From a virus (lineage: Duplodnaviria; Caudoviricetes), in IMG/VR virus record IMGVR_UViG_3300037424_000162, positions 1-50,187 of that record: a stretch of DNA of 50,187 nt; one strand, 5' to 3'. This document shows positions 29,001 through 38,821 of the stretch, one piece after another. The notes beneath the pieces were generated by a model that had not been told where the DNA came from, did not search any database, and worked only from the letters and a program-made list of their open reading frames with translations. The stretch's first letter is position 1. Each line of letters starts with the position of its first letter. Both the position numbers and the translations under genes were made by a program.

Positions 29001-29412
29001 TAGTTGGCCTCCTTTTTGGTCGAATCTGCATCAACAGACTTTACAGTAATGCTAAACGAAGGCCTTCCCGGTTTCGTGGTGATTGCCCCTGACAACTTGT
29101 CAGTAATCTCCGGGGCCGTAGCTTTCCATGCCGTCAACTTAACGTCGGCCTCCCACTTGAAGAGAGTTTGCAGGAAAGTCTCAAGGCCATTTTCTCGGGC
29201 AAGGTCTTGCAGGGCATCGCGCTATCAACCTTTCGGTTCATCCGGCCAACGATCTTGACCACGTGCCCATCATGCTCAAAGGTGGTGGTCCCTTCGGAGT
29301 TAGGATCAAAGCCAAAGAGCGAAGCCATTTGATCTTCCAACTGGCGACGAGTTTCGACGGCCTTAGCCTCGGCTTCTTTGGCGGCTAGCCATTCGGAGGG
29401 GAGGTTGGTCAT
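29000..29412 (-). pseudogene. Conserved recombination-operon protein interrupted by a 2-nt frameshift at ~29217-29222
   Basis: Removing one GC from AGCGCGAT gives ...KVDSDALQDLARENGLETFLQTLFKWE...AITTKPGRPSFSI...KKEAN*, ending in a TAATG overlap with the SSB gene. Confidence 0.8.
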
Positions 29413-29639
29413 GATTCCTCCCCATCAAGGATCGCTTGAAGAAACTTTACGGCGGAAGGCTCCGAGTCGAAATCATTGGTTTTGAAGACTTGGAAACCAG
29501 ACTTCATATAGAAGTTGAAAACCGTTGTTTTGATAAGATCCTTACCCTTTCCGCTTGATTTCTTGACGGCGGTCACGGGCCCGACCCAGGTCAAGTTCTC
29601 ACGGGCGACTAGGCCGTCACTAACTTCGTAGAACTTCAT
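29409..29639 (-). CDS. Hypothetical protein
   Basis: ATGA overlaps on both sides. Confidence 0.7.
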   Translation of the reverse strand: MKFYEVSDGLVARENLTWVGPVTAVKKSSGKGKDLIKTTVFNFYMKSGFQVFKTNDFDSEPSAVKFLQAILDGEES

Positions 29640-30313
29640 ACCGCCACCCCCTTAACCTTGCGAATGATTTCCCCGAGGTCGGGCTGTTCCCACATTTCCA
29701 GCCGTCCGCCTCGGTTTTTCGCTTGCCAAAGTCCGTCGGTCTGAGTCTGAAACATGCGGACGATTTGCCCTTCGTTAAGTTCCGCACGGAGGGCCAGAAC
29801 AATGTCAAAGAAAAATGGAAGTGACTGAGTCAGCGTTTTGCCGGGCATCGACGGCCCGTAAAGCATCCGCCCCTTTTCATCCTGGACCTTGTCTAGCTGG
29901 GCAGAAAAGTAGATGTTTCTCCCAGGGAGGTCTCGGAACTTTCGGATACGTTCGGCGATAACGTCGGCCATGTTGCCATACGCCGCCCGACCGTCCGCAG
30001 ACTTCTTTTTCTCGGCGTTAAGGCACACCTCGGCAATGTCAGTAATCGAGTCTAGGGCAATCGACTCGAAAGATTTCCCGACAGGATCATTGACAATGAA
30101 GTCGTACATTTCGTCCAACTTGTCGATGTTGTCAATCGCCTCATAAGGGAGTTCAAAGTCAGAAAGAGAGAGAAGCCCCTTTTCCGTCGAGAGAATCAAC
30201 GGATTCGGAAGCGTTCGGATGGCCAAGGTCTTCCCTGCACCACTCTCCCCGTAACACAGAATCTTGACGCCGTCAGTACCGCCGCCCTTGGTACTTTTGA
30301 GGGTGACTGCCAT
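29636..30313 (-). CDS. AAA_24 ATPase (Sak4-like recombinase)
   Basis: YGESGAGKT Walker A, LDSIT Walker B and AKNR motifs; adjacent to DUF669 and the exonuclease. Confidence 0.9.
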   Translation of the reverse strand: MAVTLKSTKGGGTDGVKILCYGESGAGKTLAIRTLPNPLILSTEKGLLSLSDFELPYEAIDNIDKLDEMYDFIVNDPVGKSFESIALDSITDIAEVCLNAEKKKSADGRAAYGNMADVIAERIRKFRDLPGRNIYFSAQLDKVQDEKGRMLYGPSMPGKTLTQSLPFFFDIVLALRAELNEGQIVRMFQTQTDGLWQAKNRGGRLEMWEQPDLGEIIRKVKGVAV

Positions 30314-30377
30314 AATACTCCTTTGCGAAGCCTTGCGGTCATTCGCTGGAATCGGTTCGATTTCGTTTCGATTCCTA

Positions 30378-30411
30378 TAGACACCTTATCAAATATATTA
30401 TAGGCTGTCAA
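30378..30411. promoter_or_regulatory. Overlapping divergent promoters
   Basis: Leftward TTGACA(30411-30406)-17bp-TAAGGT; rightward TAGACA(30378)-17bp-TAGGCT. Confidence 0.65.
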
Positions 30412-30412
30412 T

Positions 30413-30610
30413 ATGAAAATAGAGGAAATCGTCGAAGAACTGAAGGATAGACGGCTCTATCGGGTCGCTTCGGTTACTGGATTAAGCTATCAAACGTTAA
30501 GGAACATTGTCACGGGAAAGAACCGGAACCCGACAATGGATACCGTCAACGCTCTTGAGGCGTATCTCAAAAAGGAACAAAATGGGCAACCTAACGCCGT
30601 TCCTCTCTGA
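30413..30610 (+). CDS. Cro/XRE-like helix-turn-helix regulator
   Basis: VASVTGLSYQTLRNIVTGKNRNPT..T..AL pattern. Confidence 0.9.
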   Translation: MKIEEIVEELKDRRLYRVASVTGLSYQTLRNIVTGKNRNPTMDTVNALEAYLKKEQNGQPNAVPL

Positions 30611-32624
30611 TTACGTCCAGACACCAGAGCCGGTAGAATCGCAACTCGCAACGGCCATGCGAGGGGCTGGGATTGAGCCTCCTTCGCATCTAGTAATAGA
30701 CGGTCAGATTCATAGATTCTCGACCTCGCCACATGGAAAGGACGATAACGGCTGGTATTGTGTCTACGGTGACAACATTCCTGCCGGGGCATTCGGCGAC
30801 TGGTCCGGCGTTCAGTCGGTCAACTTTGTGGCCAACATTGGCCGAACTATGACGCCTGTCGAGCAAATGCAGAATGCTCAAAGGATGGCCGACAGTAAGA
30901 GAAGGCATGCCGAGGAAAGACGGCTGAAAAACGAACGTGCCGCCGAAACGTGTCAATCAATTTGGGATTCCGCTTCTGGCGCGTCCGCCGACTATCCTTA
31001 CCTAAAGCAAAAAGGAGTTTCTGCCCATATCGCAAGACTTGCCCCAGACGGTCGGTTAATGCTTCCGCTTTTTGACGAAAACGGGGACCTGTCAACAGTT
31101 CAATACATCGCGCCAGATGGCAAAAAGTTGTATCATCCGGGTGGCGCAACAAAGGGCGCATTTTGTCAGCTTGGTGTCTATACTTCGGGAAGAATCTATC
31201 TTGCCGAGGGGTACGCAACCGGGGCAACAATCCATGAAGTAACCGGAACTGCTGTCATTATTGCATACTCATCCGGCAACCTTGAGCCCGTAGCCGGGAT
31301 CATTAGAAGTAAATATCCCGCTTGCGATTTAGTGATAGTTGCAGACAATGACAAGCTAGACATAAAACAGGGGGTATACCCAGGGAAGCACCATGCTGAC
31401 ATTGCGGCAAGGGCTCATGGGGCATCTGTCGTTATGCCACCCGGAGAGCCGGGGTCGGGAGACGCGAACGATTACCGTGCAAACGGTGGGGATCTAATTG
31501 CTTTATTGACCCCGTCTCTAGACATGGTTGCAAAACTAAAGGCTGTCTATGGCGATGATCTAGGTGAGGAATACAAGGCCCCGGACGAGGTGGTCCAGGG
31601 CTTGATTGTTGCCAAAGCCCAAACGGTGATTTACGGTGATTCCAACTCTGGTAAAACTTTCTTCGCATTGTCGCTAGGATATGCCGTTTCCGAGGGTGTT
31701 TCCTGCTATTCAAGACAGGTTGACGGGGGGTTAGTTATTTACCTTGCAACCGAGGCTCCTGGGTCGATTCGAGCCCGTATGCAAGCTATTAAGAGGTTTC
31801 ATAACACAACGCTTTCTAAACTAATTCTCGTCCCGGTACCACTCAATTTTTACTCCGGACCTACCGACGCTTCTGATGTAATTAGGTTGGTTGAACAGGT
31901 TTCACTTGCAAAGAAATTGCCGGTTAGAATGATTATAGCCGACACCTTAGCAAGAATGTCTGCCGGTGCAAACGAGAATAGCGGAGAGGATATGGGACCT
32001 GTCATGGAAAGGTTTTCTCTTGTCGCCGAACATACCGGTTCGGCAGTTGTAATTATCCACCATAGTGGAAAAGATCAGGCTAGAGGCGCGCGAGGGTGGT
32101 CAGGGATTAGGGCTCATATCGACACGGAAATTGAGGTTGAAGAGTCTGATGGGTTGCGATTTGCCAAGGTTACGAAACAACGTGAATTAGCGTCAAAAGG
32201 TGACGAGATTGTTTTTGAATTGTCTGTTGTACAAATGGGAATATCTAAGTTTGGCTCGGAAGTGACAACATGCGTTGCTATTGAATCGAGTGGCGAGAAG
32301 GCCGTAAAGGTCGATAAGACAACTAGGGAAAGGCACAGAATCCTAAACTCTGCTTTTGAGTTTAGCGGAATGGACACGCTAGACGGCCTCCCATATATCA
32401 CAAGATCCTCACTCCTGGACTACCTAGACAAGAAAGAGGATAAGCGAGGGAGTCCGGCAATGAAGTTCATTTCCGAGGGCGAGGGAAGGTTTATTGGGTC
32501 GCTGATTATTGCCGGGACTATCCAGCCGAGAGGCAATGGGTGGGTTGTAACCGATCCTGTAATGGGGTCCGCTATGAACATTCGAGCCTCGGCTATGCGA
32601 AAAAGCACTAAAAATGCTACCTAA
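30582..32624 (+). CDS. Primase-helicase (Toprim domain plus AAA_25 RepA-like helicase)
   Basis: AEGYATG and ADND (Toprim); YGDSNSGKT, IADTL and IHHSGKD..RG.S (SF4-like helicase). Confidence 0.92.
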   Translation: MGNLTPFLSDYVQTPEPVESQLATAMRGAGIEPPSHLVIDGQIHRFSTSPHGKDDNGWYCVYGDNIPAGAFGDWSGVQSVNFVANIGRTMTPVEQMQNAQRMADSKRRHAEERRLKNERAAETCQSIWDSASGASADYPYLKQKGVSAHIARLAPDGRLMLPLFDENGDLSTVQYIAPDGKKLYHPGGATKGAFCQLGVYTSGRIYLAEGYATGATIHEVTGTAVIIAYSSGNLEPVAGIIRSKYPACDLVIVADNDKLDIKQGVYPGKHHADIAARAHGASVVMPPGEPGSGDANDYRANGGDLIALLTPSLDMVAKLKAVYGDDLGEEYKAPDEVVQGLIVAKAQTVIYGDSNSGKTFFALSLGYAVSEGVSCYSRQVDGGLVIYLATEAPGSIRARMQAIKRFHNTTLSKLILVPVPLNFYSGPTDASDVIRLVEQVSLAKKLPVRMIIADTLARMSAGANENSGEDMGPVMERFSLVAEHTGSAVVIIHHSGKDQARGARGWSGIRAHIDTEIEVEESDGLRFAKVTKQRELASKGDEIVFELSVVQMGISKFGSEVTTCVAIESSGEKAVKVDKTTRERHRILNSAFEFSGMDTLDGLPYITRSSLLDYLDKKEDKRGSPAMKFISEGEGRFIGSLIIAGTIQPRGNGWVVTDPVMGSAMNIRASAMRKSTKNAT

Positions 32625-32636
32625 TAAATCTCCAAA

Positions 32637-32756
32637 ATGTCGAGACAAAAAGGACATTTTTAAAATGTCCGAAATGTCCCATATGTCCGAAAATGGCGGA
32701 AAGAACGGACAGACAGGACATTCCCCCTATAGGGAATGTCCGAAATGTCCGTCCGC
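32637..32756. repeat. Putative replication origin (ATGTCC iterons and palindromes)
   Basis: ATGTCC at 32665, 32674, 32683, 32736 and 32745; inverted repeats at 32652-32670 and 32716-32741; directly downstream of the primase-helicase. Confidence 0.65.
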
Positions 32757-32791
32757 AATTCCCGAAGTCTGTCTTGTTTCAAAACTTCCCC

Positions 32792-32820
32792 TTGACAACT
32801 ATAACCGGTTGTTATAAGCT
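32792..32820 (+). promoter_or_regulatory. Sigma70-type promoter
   Basis: TTGACA-17bp-TAAGCT with a palindromic spacer. Confidence 0.65.
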
Positions 32821-32827
32821 CTAAAAC

Positions 32828-32959
32828 ATGGAAAACGAAACCAAAGACAAGTTTACGGAACACCAGCGCAAGGCTGGACAGTCAAAGTCGGAGGCAAAGC
32901 GTAAAGCCGCCGCCGAGAATCTACGCAAAGCCCGAGAGGCCAAGAAGCGGAAGGGGTGA
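32828..32959 (+). CDS. 43-aa basic protein (not in the ORF track)
   Basis: MENETKDKFTEHQRKAGQSKSEAKRKAAAENLRKAREAKKRKG*. Confidence 0.65.
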   Translation: MENETKDKFTEHQRKAGQSKSEAKRKAAAENLRKAREAKKRKG

Positions 32960-32960
32960 T

Positions 32961-34427
32961 GTGATGACAATCGGTAGTCAGGAACTTATCGACATGATGG
33001 CCAGCTTTGAACGTGAGTGTAAAGAAGGGCGGTTGGATCGTGAAGATAAGGCGCTATGGTCCCGTGGTAATTACTACCAGGACGGAACCGTCAATAATCT
33101 GTGGCGCTGGTTTCAGCGCGGTTACTCGAATGGCCGTGCAGTGTATTTGAATCCCTAGCGGAATAGGGGGAACGTGTGAGTAAGTTGACGAGAGAAAAAT
33201 GGATTAACGAGTTTGGGAGCATTGGTTGGGACACAATAGAGGTCCACACCGCCGAGTGCGTTGCGGAAGCGGTGGCGGAGGTGAAGAAGACGCATTTTGA
33301 GATTGACCGTAGCGGTGACCCGTTGAACGAAGCGTCATGGTCATTCATCGAGTCGGCAAAGAAAATTGGGATCAGGCTCAACGGGGAACAGTGGAATAAC
33401 TGCAAGCAGGGGATTGTTTATCCGGTGATTAAGGCTTACTTGGATGAGTTGAAGCCAAAAGTCACCACTCGTCCAATGACTGAAGATGAGCTTACTGGAG
33501 CCATGTTGGACCATCTGAAAAAGCCATATGATAAGTTCTCCCGCCCCACCCTCGAAGCCATGGCCAGGGACTTGGGGATCGATACGAAGGTTGAAGCGTG
33601 AGTATCACGGAAAACTTTCAAACGCAATGGATGCCAATGATTAAAGGGCATCACTGTCGAGAGGCTGTCAATCAACTCCTTGACCACGCCCGTCAACTCG
33701 AAGCTCGCAATCGTGAGCTGGTGGCTATGTTGAGGAAGCATGAGTGGGTGCTAGAAAGCATTGACGATGATGACATCTGCTGGGATTATTGCCCGGAGTG
33801 CCGAGTCTATAAGCCGCAAACGGATGGAAAGCACAAAGACGACTGCCAACTCTCCAAGCTGATCGGAGGGTTGGAGTGATTCCTAAAAAGCTTTTTTACC
33901 ACAACAACGGAGTGACCGAAAAAAGAACAACCAAGGAAGACGTTGAGTTTATGCAAACTAGCGACCACGCCGCCGAACTCGCCAAGGTAAACGCACGGCT
34001 GGAGGTTGCGGTGGAGGCGTTGAACGGCGTAATCTACCGGTGCAATACCTACGAGGACCGTAATACTTGCGAGAACGCCCTCGCCAAACTAAGGAGCATG
34101 GAATGAAACGACAATCAACGCTGACAAACTGGAAGATCGAAGACCGGGGCGACTGGTATATCCTTCTCGGCATCGTATTGAACGATGACCGATTTCCTGA
34201 CGGTGAAGTTGTCAGGACTTCCATGCTTGAACGAATCGACTTCGTTGCCGGAGTCGCGGAAACCAAGAACACGGTTTATAGGTTGGTGTGAAATGAAAGA
34301 CCTAAAAGAGTTCCTCGAAACCGAGGAGGCTAAAAAGATTAAAGCCCTTGAAGAATCAACCGGATTGCGCCTTGACGGAATGATGATGACCGCCTACGAG
34401 GAATGGTCAAAGGATGGTAAGATATGA
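32961..34427 (+). other. Small hypothetical CDSs (32961-33158, 33176-33601, 33598-33879, 33876-34106, 34103-34291, 34293-34427)
   Basis: Coupled ORFs with RBSs. Confidence 0.65.
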
Positions 34428-34483
34428 AAGACACAAGCGGACCGGCGTTGACAAAGTAATCCATGGTATGATACCATCGCAAC

Positions 34484-35041
34484 ATGAAATGTTCAAGATG
34501 TGACAAAGAAAGCGTTATCAAGCAGGGTCATATATGGCTATGCGAAAAGCATTATAGATTTGGGTCTATGCGCGCCAAGGCAAAGGCATGCGGTAAGATT
34601 GTTCCTGATCATTCTTGGCTTGAGGCAAACGTACCAGATGATATGGTTTGCCCATATTGCAGAAGGAAAATGAACTGGAGAAAGAAGGACGGAGCGTCAA
34701 CGGTAATGACACTTCAACATAATAGAGATGGATCGTTATGTCTAATTTGCCTTGCTTGTAACGTAAGACATGCCTCGTTTCATGGAGACTCATTCTATGA
34801 GTTACCAATTGATCATAGAGTGTGCTATGCGTGCAAGAAGACGCTTCATATTGGTAGCTTTTATAAATCTAATGATACTAGATGGGAAAACCGAATGGCT
34901 ATGTGCAAAGAGTGCTCGAATATAAGGACTGAAAAGTGGAGAAAGGAAAATAAGGATACATTTAATGAATATCAAAGGAAGTATAGGAAGAAAAGAAAAG
35001 AAGCAAGGTCCGACGCCATGCTAAGGGAGCTGGAGAAGTGA
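34484..35041 (+). CDS. HNH/endonuclease VII-like Zn-binding nuclease
   Basis: CPYC...LQH...C..CN motif plus additional CxxC pairs; AT-rich; own promoter (TTGACA at 34448). Confidence 0.7.
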   Translation: MKCSRCDKESVIKQGHIWLCEKHYRFGSMRAKAKACGKIVPDHSWLEANVPDDMVCPYCRRKMNWRKKDGASTVMTLQHNRDGSLCLICLACNVRHASFHGDSFYELPIDHRVCYACKKTLHIGSFYKSNDTRWENRMAMCKECSNIRTEKWRKENKDTFNEYQRKYRKKRKEARSDAMLRELEK

Positions 35042-35195
35042 ACATTTTGAAACAAGAATATATTGTCAGCAACCCATTTAACAAAGATATGGCAATCACG
35101 GCATTGAAAGACCAACTTGAAAGCACAATCTTTGATGAACTGATCAAAAACGAAAAGGACCATGTGAAGGTTACTTTCTTGATTGAGGTGTTTGA

Positions 35196-36452
35196 ATGAC
35201 CTCCGAAGAACTCTGCAAATCCAAAGTCCGCGCCGTGCTGGCGTTGATGCACCCTGCAAACAAGTGGGCCGCAATGGACGAAGACGGGACATGGTATGCT
35301 TTCGGAAACAAGCCAGATTGCCATCCCGCTGATACGTACTGGTTCAACGGTGTGGATTGTGAAGAGATTGTTGAACTTTTCGATATACCATTTCCCGGAG
35401 ACTGGCGCGAAAGTTTGGTGGAACGATGACCGTCACCCTACTACACGTATGCGACTCCCGGGGAACTTGGTCCGTCGTCGGAGTTTTTGGCGACACCAGC
35501 AAAGCAGAAGTAGAGGCGTCAAGGGCCGGTTACACTAATTGGTCAACCTCGGAATGGGGAGTTATCGTATGAAACCAGACTACTACGACCACGAAACAAT
35601 CGAACTAACCCTGACCCTCAGGGTCTCCTGGAAAGCCGGTAACGAGGCCGCGAAGGCTCACGCAATGGAAGAAGCCCAAGATGTCTTTGTCGGATTAAAG
35701 TCAGGCGCTCATGTGGACTATGGGTGCTATCGGGTGGAGAGAGTATGAGCACCCCCTCAAAAGCCTACCTCGACGACTACAAGGCCAAGAACAAAGCCAA
35801 ACTTGCCGCCCAACAATCCGCCCGGGATGCGAAGAAGCGCGTTGCCCGACAGACCGACCCCGTCGCCATGGCGGCATATCGTGCCAAACGTCGCCAGGAG
35901 TACCTTAAAACACATCCTGAGGCCAAGACCAGGGAAAGTATCGTCGAGGCCGCAAGGCTTGCCAAAAGCACTGCCACGCGCGCCAAAACTGAAATCACGG
36001 TTGATGGCACAACTCTAAGGACCTGTCAGAAGTGCCAAGATCCCAAAACCCTGGACAAGTTTCCCCGCCAAGGAGTCTACGGCCACAAGAAGGTCTGTAA
36101 GGAATGCTCCAAGCCAGTGCCAAAGATCCGTACCACGAAGGCTCGAAAGCAGACCGGAAAAGAACTCCCGAGGTTTGTGGTCTCGGACGAGCGTAAGGTC
36201 TCTATCCCCAACTTCAAGACCCCCTGGGACGCCAAACTCCTAGCCGAGGGATGGGTCAAGCTTCTTGGGTTGACGGACATCAGCGAATGGTGCAAGGTTT
36301 ATATCCGACACGGGGTTATACTCTACGTCCGAGGCTCCCTCGGATCGTACTCGACCGGTAAGCAGACCTATGGTGTCATGTTCGATGACTCCGGTAAGCG
36401 CTACCCAACCCTCGGAGCAGCCGAGAAAGTGGTGCAAAGGATGCAAGCGTGA
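35196..36452 (+). other. Hypothetical CDSs (35196-35429, 35426-35572, 35569-35748, 35745-36452 basic protein with CxxC pairs)
   Basis: Coupled ORFs. Confidence 0.6.
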
Positions 36453-36531
36453 AGACGGCCTACAAACTCTACTGCCAACTCTCCCTAATCCTGGACTACA
36501 CCCTCGAACGACTCGGCGTTAAGGTGGGGAT

Positions 36532-36714
36532 GTGATGGAGTGGATTAGTGTGGAAGACAGACTTCCCGAGGTTTGTCAGCTGGTTCGGGTTATGGGGCCC
36601 GGTGTAGATGGAGCGGATTTCTGTTTTTCTCACGACCCAACAAAGTCGAGATGGGATTGCCATTGGAACGATGAGGTGACTCACTGGATGCCAATAGAGG
36701 ACACCATACTTTGA
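36532..36714 (+). CDS. DUF551 family protein
   Basis: EWISVEDRLPE...VTHWMP. Confidence 0.85.
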   Translation: MMEWISVEDRLPEVCQLVRVMGPGVDGADFCFSHDPTKSRWDCHWNDEVTHWMPIEDTIL

Positions 36715-36914
36715 AATCCTGCCGTTGCCGAAAGTGCCTTGCCATCCTAGACAAGACTGATACCACTTGGAAGATGATTCCTTTTCCGAGAGTGCTAATG
36801 GAGTTCCCTATCTGCCATGAGTGCGGAAACAAACGGTGCCCCAAGGCAACCGACCACAATCTTGAATGTACAGGGTCCAATGAGCCTGGACAGACGGGAA
36901 GTGTTTATGAGTAG
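36711..36914 (+). CDS. Cys-rich conserved phage protein
   Basis: C..CGNKRCPKATDH.L.CTGSNEPGQ.GS.Y motif. Confidence 0.7.
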   Translation: MKSCRCRKCLAILDKTDTTWKMIPFPRVLMEFPICHECGNKRCPKATDHNLECTGSNEPGQTGSVYE

Positions 36915-36924
36915 ACACCCCACT

Positions 36925-36953
36925 TTGACAATCCACAAAAAACGCGGTATGGT
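36925..36953 (+). promoter_or_regulatory. Promoter upstream of the terminase genes
   Basis: TTGACA-17bp-TATGGT. Confidence 0.6.
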
Positions 36954-36982
36954 GGTGGCATGAGTGACGGGAGATAATTGAC

Positions 36983-37360
36983 GTGCCAAGGAAAGGCGGT
37001 ACACCAAAAAACTTAATCCCAAACCCCGAACGAAGCCCGGAAAAGCTCAAGGAAATGGGGGCCTCTGGCGGTAAGAAATCCGGAGAGGTCCGCCGTGAAA
37101 AAGCAAAGGTGTCTTCGATCATGGCCAATCTGCTAATGCAGGAACATGACATCGAAATCGATGGCGTATCCATGGGGAAAATGAGTGGCGAGAAACTACT
37201 CGGGGAAGTGGCCGTTAGGATCATCGCCAAGGGTGATAATACATCGGTTGCCATGATGCGCCTTATCCTCGACGCCACCGAGGGGAGCAAGTCCCAATTG
37301 ACCGGAGACGGTGGAGCACCGCTGAAAATGACAGTAGAAATTGTTGATCCGAAAAAGTGA
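36983..37360 (+). CDS. terS: Terminase small subunit
   Basis: NLIP...GG..SG.VRR N-terminus and LTG.GGAPL C-terminus; overlaps terL. Confidence 0.75.
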   Translation: MPRKGGTPKNLIPNPERSPEKLKEMGASGGKKSGEVRREKAKVSSIMANLLMQEHDIEIDGVSMGKMSGEKLLGEVAVRIIAKGDNTSVAMMRLILDATEGSKSQLTGDGGAPLKMTVEIVDPKK

Positions 37361-38631
37361 AACTTAATAGAACGTATCAGCAACTTCTGGGCTCTGATGG
37401 GACACTCCGAAAGGACGTTAGATACTTTGAGGTCTACGGTGGGCGACGATCAGGCAAGAGTCACGACGTTGACGCGATTGTCGGGCTTACTGCCACGGTT
37501 GAGCCGGGGCATTTTATCGTCGGGGTTCGCAAGGTGGCCACTACCCTAAAAGATTCGATCTTTGCCGAGTTCAAAGGGTTCTTTCGGGACAACGAAATCC
37601 CGGTTCAGACCAACGAAACCGATAAGGAAATCCGTCTTGCCAACGGGAGCCGTGTTCGGTGTTTCGGCCTAGACGACCCTGAAAAGCTCAAGTCACTCAA
37701 GGGCGCAACAATCATCGTCCTGGAGGAGGCCAACGAGCTAACCGAGGACGATTTTGACAGCCTAGACGCCGGGCTGTCTCCGTCAAACTACCCTGGCCGA
37801 ATCATCCTGCTACATAACCCGGTGCCAAAGGTTCCGGGGCTGGACTACTGGTATGAGAAGCGATTCCAGAATATTCCGCATGAACTATCCAAGGCAATAA
37901 TCAACGAACCGTCTAACGCGCTAGTCCTTAGGACGTGGTACAAAGACAATGCCTTTTGCCCCCCCGAGTCTATCCGCGTTCTCGAAAACTACCGACTTAC
38001 CAATCCGCAGAAGTACAAACTATGGGCGCTGGGCGAGTCGGTGCGCGTCGAGGGCGTGGTGTTCAACAATTGGGATATCGTGCCCGAGGTTCCGAAAAGG
38101 ATACTTCACGATTCCATGGGCGTCGGTCTCGATTTTGGTTTCAGCAATGATCCATCTGCCGCCGTTCGGGTCTGGATTCGGGATGACGAAATGTGGGTCA
38201 AACTCCTGGTATACTCGACCGGGCTCCATAACGAGATGCTTCTCAAGGCCCTCAAGGAATCCGGGGTAGACGAGCACGAAAGCGTGATAGCTGACTCGGC
38301 CCGACCCGACATTATCGAAGACTTACACCGCCGGGGGCTTCGCGGCGTAAAGGGTGTCTCAAAGCACAAGGGGTACAAAGAGGACATTGCTAACCGTGCC
38401 ATGTCATTCAAGATTCACCTTATCGAAGGTGACACCGACCTGATACGTGAGTTCTCGACCTACGCATGGGCCAGGGATAAAACAGGGAAGCCGTTGCCGA
38501 AACTCCAGGACGGAGACGATCACGGTATCGACGCCATGATTATGCTTCTAGCCGATTCTAGCAAGTTCAACCTCCCCCTCATCATCACCGAGCAGGACCG
38601 GGCGAGTCTGGCGAGTAGGTGGAGGAAGTGA
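37357..38631 (+). CDS. terL: Terminase large subunit (PBSX-type)
   Basis: YGGRRSGKS, GLDDPEKLKS, LEEANE, GLDFGFSNDP, ADSARP and DHGIDA motifs. Confidence 0.95.
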   Translation: MKLNRTYQQLLGSDGTLRKDVRYFEVYGGRRSGKSHDVDAIVGLTATVEPGHFIVGVRKVATTLKDSIFAEFKGFFRDNEIPVQTNETDKEIRLANGSRVRCFGLDDPEKLKSLKGATIIVLEEANELTEDDFDSLDAGLSPSNYPGRIILLHNPVPKVPGLDYWYEKRFQNIPHELSKAIINEPSNALVLRTWYKDNAFCPPESIRVLENYRLTNPQKYKLWALGESVRVEGVVFNNWDIVPEVPKRILHDSMGVGLDFGFSNDPSAAVRVWIRDDEMWVKLLVYSTGLHNEMLLKALKESGVDEHESVIADSARPDIIEDLHRRGLRGVKGVSKHKGYKEDIANRAMSFKIHLIEGDTDLIREFSTYAWARDKTGKPLPKLQDGDDHGIDAMIMLLADSSKFNLPLIITEQDRASLASRWRK

Positions 38632-38641
38632 AAGAAAGCTA

Positions 38642-38670
38642 TTGACAATGTTTGATTGTAGGTTTAGATT
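38642..38670 (+). promoter_or_regulatory. Promoter of the tRNA-like RNA
   Basis: TTGACA-17bp-TAGATT. Confidence 0.75.
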
Positions 38671-38675
38671 GATTG

Positions 38676-38815
38676 TGGAACGTGACGGAATTGGTAGACG
38701 TGCAGCGGGTTGCGACTTAGCCGGGCCGTGTGACGACACATAAAACACGTTGACCGCCCCGGAGAGCCCAAATCGGGCCTTTGAAGCAGTATGGGTTCGA
38801 GTCCTGTCGTTCCAT
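38676..38815 (+). ncRNA. tRNA-like RNA (~140 nt) with acceptor stem, Leu-type D arm and T arm but an expanded multi-hairpin centre
   Basis: TGGAACG/CGTTCCA acceptor; ACGGAATTGGTAGACGT D arm; ATGGG-TTCGAGT-CCTGT T arm; about 88 nt in between; own promoter and terminator. Confidence 0.75.
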
Positions 38816-38821
38816 CTTAAC

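Noticed and set aside
38676-38815. tmRNA or intron-containing tRNA
   Set aside because: It has a paired D arm, lacks G3.U70, shows no credible tag peptide, and the insert is far shorter than group I introns
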